DNA of 64,000 nucleotides from a virus: IMG/VR virus record IMGVR_UViG_3300028394_000040; one strand, 5' to 3'. Shown piece by piece: positions 57,927 to 64,000 of this stretch (position 1 is its first letter; each line of letters starts with the position of its first letter). The notes under the pieces were generated by a model. It saw only the letters and a program-made list of their open reading frames with translations, ran no database searches and was not told where the DNA came from. The position numbers and the translations under genes were made by a program.

Positions 57927-60900
57927 CTAACAAGAGCAATACGGATTAGAGTAGAAATAAAACTCAGTTCCTGCTGGAGTAAATACTTGACCCGAATACA
58001 ACATACATTCCCCGGCAACCTCTAAAGAAGCAGGATACCCTACTCCTTGAATATAGTAAGGTATTGAAGCTGTACAAGTATAATACTGAGCATATTCTAT
58101 AGGTAAAACTGAAGCTGTAGCTGTAGAAGTACTTGTTGAAGTACTCGTGCTAGTACTAGTACTAGTTTGCGTATTAGTAGGAGTTTGAGTGGGTATATTA
58201 CAAGTTGTAGCGCTTACTGCTGTTATCTCATTAGTGTAATCTACGTGAGCATTAGAAGCAATATAGTAGTAATACGTGAAATCGTTATTTAAGTAGTAAT
58301 GACCTGAACTGTAACTGGTATACGACCAGAACGGTACAGGGTTGTTATTGTTGCAATTACTAGTGTCTACGTCATATCTTAAGTATGTATATCTAGCTGT
58401 TGCTGTTGCTGTAGATGTTTGCGTGTTAGTACTTGTCTGTGTATTTGTAGCAGTCTGAGTATTAGTAGCGGTCTGTGTTGGTATGTTGCAGGTAGTACCT
58501 GAGAACGATGTAATCTCATTAGTGTTATCTGAGTGTGCAGAAGTTGCTATATAGTAGTAAGTACCAAAGTTTCCGTTGATAAAATAGTAGCCGGAGGAGA
58601 AATTAGAATAAGACCAGAAGGCTACCGGGTTAGATGTTGTACAGTTACCAGTATTAACATCATATCTCAAATACCTATATCTTGCTGTAGCAGTTTGAGT
58701 ATTTGTTTGGGTAGGAGTTTGAGTATTCGTAGAAGTACTTGTTAACGTCTGTGTAGGCGTTTGAGTATTCGTAGAGGTACTTGTTACCGTTTGAGTAGGT
58801 GTTTGAGTATTCGTAGAGGTACTTGTTACTGTTTGTGTAGGAGTCGATGTTAATGTTCGGGTAGGGGTTTGAGTATTCGTAGAGGTACTTGTTACTGTTT
58901 GCGTAGGAGTCGATGTTAATGTTCGGGTAGGGGTTTGAGTATTCGTAGAGGTACTTGTTACCGTTTGCGTAGGAGTCTGCGTACTAGTAGCTGTTACCGA
59001 CTGAGTAGGTGTTTGGGTACTTGTACTTGTTAACGTAGGAGTAGATGTTAACGTAGGAGTTTGGGTACTACTATTAGTAGGTGTCTGCGTTTGTGTTCTG
59101 GTTTGTGTCTGCGTTAATGTAGGCGTCGCAGTTAACGTAGGAGTTCTTGTACTTGTAGGAGTAGGGGTAGGAGTTGATGTTGGGTTGTTACATCCTATAA
59201 AGCTACCCGTACTATAAAAATACTTATTGACTGGATTAGGTGAGTCTATTGAAAATATATCTATACGGTATACGTTATTAAACGTAGGTATCTCTACTCC
59301 ATATGGAACATATGTTCTAGAAGTATCTGAAGAACAAGTTACTGCATAGCTAGATGTATATACTGGACTCCCAGATACGTCTAGATATACCTTAGCTGTT
59401 AAATTTACTTCATTAAATAATGGAGATTCTGTACTTCCTGATCTACCGACTACATAAAATCCGTATAATGTATTTGTAGGAGGATTAGAAGAAAGACATA
59501 TTTCCTCTATATCTAAAGACATAGATTTAGCTCTATTGTAAATGAACACGTCACTAGACCCCCAGGGTACTAGAGGTGAATAGTATCCGTTATCTGCTTC
59601 TACAGTACTAGCTGTATTAAAATTACTTGAGTATAAAGTAAAGTCTGATACGTTATAAAAGTCGTTTGCATAACTAGCAGTAAGGAAGCCTCTCTTTATA
59701 AAATTCTGTCCGTAGATAGTAGTTGTATTAAAACTAGAAGTAGTATTATATGAATTAACTATAGTGTTTAATTCTGTTATAGAACTAGCATATGCGTACC
59801 AATTACTAGTCTTATTTAAATCAGTCGTAGTTAAAAGAAAAGAACTTCCTGATGTATTAGTTACAGCAGTACTGCTAGCTGAAGGCATATTGTATATGTC
59901 AACTACTGAACCGCTTCTTATTTCGTAGAATTTGTTATATTGATTAGAGCCAGATATAATGGATCCAGTCACACAATAGAATCCGTTTAATACTTTAGTC
60001 CCCCCTAGAGCGTCAGAGTAAACAGATGTACCTGTTACTAAGCCTAGTGAGCTAGTATTAGGGAAGTAAATTTGAGTAGCACTTGGATTACTTTCTAATT
60101 TTAAAGTATGAGTAAATGTAGCTACGTATATACCTAAATTACTACCAGATAAAGGTGTTGCATAATTAAAAGAACCAGTAGTTAAATCCGACATGGAACC
60201 ATACAACCCATTAGCAAAAGTATTAGCTTGGGCTGAACTACTAAAACTAAAAGATGCACTAGGGTCTAAGTTCAAAAATATTTTACCTGGTACTATCTCC
60301 ATTTGGTTGTTAGGTAGCAAAGTTATACTACCGCTTACTTTTCCACTGTAGAATACACTTGAAGCAGTAACATAAGCATCAGGCTCACCTGAAGTATACG
60401 GTAATAAAAGCAAACTATCTATTCTAGTTACTAAAGTAGGATCATCAGCCTTTAGTGAATATTCAAAGCCCGTTACTATTTCTGGGCTTTCAGAAGTTAA
60501 AGTTATAGTACTTGATAATTCCTTAGTTGTAACTACACCACCGGCTTGTTGATAAAAATATACTCCATCACAATAAAACCCGTTATTAGTCGTTTCAACT
60601 ATAGATGTAGTATCGCTACAGGCTCCTTGAGGGCCGTAAATAGAAAGCCCTTCAGTAGTAATTCCATAAGGTACATACCCGTCTTGTACACAGAATGAAA
60701 TAGATTCATTAGAGTCTATATTATAAGAAACCTCTTGCGTCTTTCCACAAGGTACATAGTATACGTAGACAGGCCACTCGTTAGTATTAAAGAATGTATA
60801 AGTTTGACAAGTAGCACCTGGGTCTGGAGCAGTAGAAACTCTTCTTCTCTTTAAAATGTTTCCGGTATTGATATAAGGAGTTGTAGTATAGTGTTTTATA

Positions 60901-62390
60901 AAGTATTTACACTCTTCTATAGCTGTAAATGTCTGATTTTCAAAAAACTTATAGATTAACTCTATTCCAGATACTATAGCGTAAAATGCAGCTAGATACC
61001 CTAATCCTGTGAAAACGGCAGCTGCTATATCAGCTAACTTTGCTGCAGCGGTCTTTGCTAAAACCTGTGTTACTTGCTTAGAAACAGTTGTAACTAATTC
61101 TCTACCTGCATCCGACCAGAGTGATACGTCTATAAGTGTTTGGTAAGCTATATTAGTAGTAACATTTAGAAATGCGGTTTGTGCAGAAGCTATTCCAAAA
61201 GCTGCTATGGCTTTAAAAACTAAAAATGAGCTTAAAGCAGCAGAGCCAAAAGATTGACCAGTAGCAGCTAAAAAAGATAAATCTATAGAAAATCCGTCTA
61301 AAACAGAAGAACTAAAACCGGTTCTTGCTCCATAGGTCAACCTTAAAAGAGCATGTCTTATTCCTGTTAAAGGATAGAATTTCTTTTCTGAAAATACGTA
61401 TTTAGTAAAAAAGTTATCGTTAGATAATTGCCTTGTTGATGCGTGATACCCTAAAAGAAATTTATACCTAGAAGGTCTTGTTAATGTAGAGATGGTATGT
61501 ACTTCTGTAATTATACCTAGCTTAGTAATTAATGGATTAGCACATGCATCTACCCCGTCATCATTATCCTGTAAAGTAGTAGGTCCGTTTATTACTTCTT
61601 TTTGCGTGTATGGAGAAACTCCAAATAACTTACCTAAAAAAGATTGACTAAATGCAGATGCGGAAAACACATAGTATATAAAAATACCAAATGCCCTGTT
61701 AAAAGGACCGCCTACCTTAAATACTTTTCCTTCACTGCCGTAAGAATAGTAATACTGGAAAGCTGGATGACTAAATTCTGCTGTTGCCCATACTCGTTTG
61801 TTTTCAGACCAAGTATTAATAGCATGTCTAGAATATAACTTAGTTGTTAAAGCAGGGCTATTGGCTGAGTCGTAAGGAGAATATACGTGAAGTCCTGTTG
61901 TATAGCTATATAATGGATTAGGACAATCGTACTCTATTACGAAGTTGTTTCCTGATAATGAAGTGGTGTTACCTATAGTAGTCTCTATGTTTAAATACTT
62001 AGTAGTATTCGAACGATTAGAGTTTACTATTACATAGATTCTCTTCTTAACTCCGTTGGTTAATTTATAGTCAAAACCACAACCCAGCCCTATAGGAAAA
62101 GGTATAAATAAATCATCTAAATCAGTTCCTACAGCTATGGTAGATTCGTTATCTGTCGAAAAAGAAATACCTGCAAAACTAGCACCTCCATTATAAGTTA
62201 TATCAAATACTACATATCCGTAATCTGTTGTTGTTAAGTCTAAAGGTATAGATATGTTTGCGTATAAAATTCCCTTAGTATACGTATACGAATTATCTAC
62301 GCCCTTTGATGTAGAAGTAGCATAGCTTGGTTTAGCATCTACGAAATCAGAGGCAAAATAATTAAGCGTTTTAGAATGACTTAAGGGCAT
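57927..62390 (-). CDS. Large secreted-type/virion protein with mucin-like Thr/Pro repeats
   Basis: 1487 aa; hydrophobic helical region, Cys-paired modules, long TQTPT tract, duplicated YLRYDV..C module. Confidence 0.75.
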   Translation of the reverse strand: MPLSHSKTLNYFASDFVDAKPSYATSTSKGVDNSYTYTKGILYANISIPLDLTTTDYGYVVFDITYNGGASFAGISFSTDNESTIAVGTDLDDLFIPFPIGLGCGFDYKLTNGVKKRIYVIVNSNRSNTTKYLNIETTIGNTTSLSGNNFVIEYDCPNPLYSYTTGLHVYSPYDSANSPALTTKLYSRHAINTWSENKRVWATAEFSHPAFQYYYSYGSEGKVFKVGGPFNRAFGIFIYYVFSASAFSQSFLGKLFGVSPYTQKEVINGPTTLQDNDDGVDACANPLITKLGIITEVHTISTLTRPSRYKFLLGYHASTRQLSNDNFFTKYVFSEKKFYPLTGIRHALLRLTYGARTGFSSSVLDGFSIDLSFLAATGQSFGSAALSSFLVFKAIAAFGIASAQTAFLNVTTNIAYQTLIDVSLWSDAGRELVTTVSKQVTQVLAKTAAAKLADIAAAVFTGLGYLAAFYAIVSGIELIYKFFENQTFTAIEECKYFIKHYTTTPYINTGNILKRRRVSTAPDPGATCQTYTFFNTNEWPVYVYYVPCGKTQEVSYNIDSNESISFCVQDGYVPYGITTEGLSIYGPQGACSDTTSIVETTNNGFYCDGVYFYQQAGGVVTTKELSSTITLTSESPEIVTGFEYSLKADDPTLVTRIDSLLLLPYTSGEPDAYVTASSVFYSGKVSGSITLLPNNQMEIVPGKIFLNLDPSASFSFSSSAQANTFANGLYGSMSDLTTGSFNYATPLSGSNLGIYVATFTHTLKLESNPSATQIYFPNTSSLGLVTGTSVYSDALGGTKVLNGFYCVTGSIISGSNQYNKFYEIRSGSVVDIYNMPSASSTAVTNTSGSSFLLTTTDLNKTSNWYAYASSITELNTIVNSYNTTSSFNTTTIYGQNFIKRGFLTASYANDFYNVSDFTLYSSNFNTASTVEADNGYYSPLVPWGSSDVFIYNRAKSMSLDIEEICLSSNPPTNTLYGFYVVGRSGSTESPLFNEVNLTAKVYLDVSGSPVYTSSYAVTCSSDTSRTYVPYGVEIPTFNNVYRIDIFSIDSPNPVNKYFYSTGSFIGCNNPTSTPTPTPTSTRTPTLTATPTLTQTQTRTQTQTPTNSSTQTPTLTSTPTLTSTSTQTPTQSVTATSTQTPTQTVTSTSTNTQTPTRTLTSTPTQTVTSTSTNTQTPTRTLTSTPTQTVTSTSTNTQTPTQTVTSTSTNTQTPTQTLTSTSTNTQTPTQTNTQTATARYRYLRYDVNTGNCTTSNPVAFWSYSNFSSGYYFINGNFGTYYYIATSAHSDNTNEITSFSGTTCNIPTQTATNTQTATNTQTSTNTQTSTATATARYTYLRYDVDTSNCNNNNPVPFWSYTSYSSGHYYLNNDFTYYYYIASNAHVDYTNEITAVSATTCNIPTQTPTNTQTSTSTSTSTSTSTSTATASVLPIEYAQYYTCTASIPYYIQGVGYPASLEVAGECMLYSGQVFTPAGTEFYFYSNPYCSC
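58690..59180 (-). repeat. Mucin-like coding repeats (TSTNTQTPT..)
   Basis: tttgagtattcgtagaggtacttgttac recurs several times. Confidence 0.85.
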
Positions 62391-62403
62391 AGTCTATTTT
62401 TTA

Positions 62404-64000
62404 TCAAAGGCAACTGATTGGTAAATTGTCGCAGCTACCTGAATAAGTAGGAATACCGCTTGCCAATATAAATATTGGAGGATTACTTATTGTTGTATCT
62501 GTTATAGGTTGTTTGTAGAATCCGTTAGAAGTTGTTCCAGATAATAAACTAGAAGAGTACCAAGTAAGGGCTGTTATATCTCCTTTAGAACTACTATAAG
62601 CAGATTTATTAAAATAAACTATACTAGAAGTAGGACAAGTACTACAAACTACATTTAAATCGCTAGTAGATAAAGCCGAACCTGAAATGTTATAATAACA
62701 GAATTCTTTCGTTACTACATCAACTACATCAAATAATGCATAAATTGTTGTTGAATATCTTAAATTATACGTAATAGACGATAAAGAAGAAATAATATCA
62801 ACAGTTCCTGGAGAGTTAGACCATGCTATAAAGGTTGTTGTTCCTAGTGCTGTAGCTGATAATCCGTGGTTCGAATCATATGAGCCGGATAATATAAAGG
62901 AGCTGGTATACTGGGTGGGGTTAGAAGCAGTTACATAACCTTGAGAGTTATACGTCAAATATGTAGGTACAACTGTTAACGTATAATCACTACATTGAGT
63001 CTGTGTTCCTCTATAGAATATTCCTGTTTGGTCTCTTACCCATGGATCTATATAAGCTAATGCTGTACTAGCAGAGTAGTATGATGCAGAGGTAGGTGCA
63101 GTCCAATTTAAACCTGCATCTAGACTATACTCATAAGGTGGTAAACCACCTGCTACGTTAATAGTTGCATTACCGCCAGTACAGTCTACAGTAGTCCCTG
63201 TTATTCTTAATAAATTAGGAGGTGGTGGGCTAGATGTAGTTGGTGTCGGTGTTGATGTAGGAGTTCTTGTATTAGTAGCAGTTTGTGACTGCGTGTTAGT
63301 TTGAGTTTGAGTATTAGTACTTGTTAAAGTTTGAGTAGGAGTCTGTGTACTAGTACTTGTTACTGTCTGTGTCGGAGTCTGTGTATTAGTTGCAGTTACT
63401 GACTGAGTAGGTGTTTGAGTACTAGTACTTGTTAGCGTCTGTGTAGGAGTCTGGGTACTAGTACTTGTTAACGAAGGGGTTTGTGTCTGCGTAGACGAAT
63501 TTGTTAAGGTAGGAGTTTGTGTTAACGTTGGAGTACTAGTTAACGTCTGTGTAGGCGTTTGCGTAGAAGTTAACGTAGGAGTAGATGTACCGCTATTGGT
63601 TGGAGTTTGTGTACTAGTTTGAGTATTTGTTTGAGTAGAAGTAGTCGTCAACGTAGGTGTCGATGTTAACGTAGGCGTCTTAGTACTCGTATTTGTAGGA
63701 GTCTGTGTAGCTGTTTGACTATTAGTTTGGGTATTTGTTTGAGTATTAGTACTTGTTAAAGTAGGTGTAGCAGTACTACTATTTGTAGGAGTCCTAGTGC
63801 TAGTAGGAGTCTGTGTAGGAGTAGGTGACTGTGTTCTAGTAGCTGTAACCGAAGGAGTCTGTGTCTGCGTTGTTGTTAACGTAGGGGTAGAAGTAGGACT
63901 AGGGCTAGCACATTCCGGGTCTTGTGCCAAAGCACAGTAGTAAATATCGTTAGTTACATATATTAAGCCTGCTGAATAAAATATGTAACTAACGATATTT
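62404..64000 (-). CDS. Mucin-like repeat protein, 5'-incomplete (frame is open to the window edge)
   Basis: Upstream of the track's TTG (63930) the frame reads NIVSYIFYSAGLIYVTNDIYYCAL with no stop; about 230 aa TxTP tract followed by a GG..PYEYSLD.G domain. Confidence 0.75.
   Translation of the reverse strand, partial: NIVSYIFYSAGLIYVTNDIYYCALAQDPECASPSPTSTPTLTTTQTQTPSVTATRTQSPTPTQTPTSTRTPTNSSTATPTLTSTNTQTNTQTNSQTATQTPTNTSTKTPTLTSTPTLTTTSTQTNTQTSTQTPTNSGTSTPTLTSTQTPTQTLTSTPTLTQTPTLTNSSTQTQTPSLTSTSTQTPTQTLTSTSTQTPTQSVTATNTQTPTQTVTSTSTQTPTQTLTSTNTQTQTNTQSQTATNTRTPTSTPTPTTSSPPPPNLLRITGTTVDCTGGNATINVAGGLPPYEYSLDAGLNWTAPTSASYYSASTALAYIDPWVRDQTGIFYRGTQTQCSDYTLTVVPTYLTYNSQGYVTASNPTQYTSSFILSGSYDSNHGLSATALGTTTFIAWSNSPGTVDIISSLSSITYNLRYSTTIYALFDVVDVVTKEFCYYNISGSALSTSDLNVVCSTCPTSSIVYFNKSAYSSSKGDITALTWYSSSLLSGTTSNGFYKQPITDTTISNPPIFILASGIPTYSGSCDNLPISCL
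63942..64000. repeat. Perfect inverted repeat of at least 20 bp with a 19-nt spacer
   Basis: aaatatcgttagttacatat (63942-63961) and atatgtaactaacgatattt (63981-64000). Confidence 0.9.

Noticed and set aside
2291-61838. All plus-strand ORFs in the track, and short nested minus-strand ORFs (12085, 30583, 34466, 42937)
   Set aside because: They are antisense or alternate-frame shadows of long, motif-bearing genes and have no recognisable motifs.
58690-63910. CRISPR-like arrays in the regularly repeated DNA
   Set aside because: Repeats are in-frame coding units without unique spacers; the PD-(D/E)XK gene has no cas context.
1-64000. Stop-codon reassignment, as found in some large phages
   Set aside because: Core genes are intact in code 11, and TAA, TAG and TGA all end genes at tight junctions.
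1-64000. tRNA or rRNA genes
   Set aside because: Intergenic gaps are short and AT-rich with no cloverleaf or T-loop motifs visible.

Overview
AT-rich (roughly one-third GC by eye), gene-dense segment of a large T4-like (contractile-tailed) bacteriophage, probably infecting Bacteroidota: no Shine-Dalgarno sites are evident, and a TTTG-N20-TAnnTTT promoter precedes the primase. Every credible gene is on the minus strand. In transcription order (right to left) the window holds: two mucin-like Thr/Pro-repeat proteins followed by a coupled operon of glycosyltransferases (GT60-like, GT31-like, GT34-like plus a methyltransferase domain, HtrL/WlaTC-like plus GT-A); a GIY-YIG nuclease, primase and PD-(D/E)XK nuclease; a block of small modular, probably head-packaged proteins punctuated by hydrophobic-x-Glu protease-type sites, interrupted by a holin/GH19 endolysin cassette followed by an aerolysin-like beta-pore-former candidate; terminase, portal, prohead protease, scaffold, major capsid and neck/tail-completion genes; a ~23 kb tandem array of ten fibre genes, the smaller ones built from shared interchangeable modules; and the 5' part of the tail sheath gene. 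The top candidates for undescribed biology are (1) a self-contained phage mucin-type protein O-glycosylation system with enzymes and substrates side by side, (2) protease-processed polyprotein capsid cargo including RMF-like modules, (3) the pore-former in the lysis cassette and (4) the recombinogenic fibre array. All family assignments come from motif recognition without database searches.
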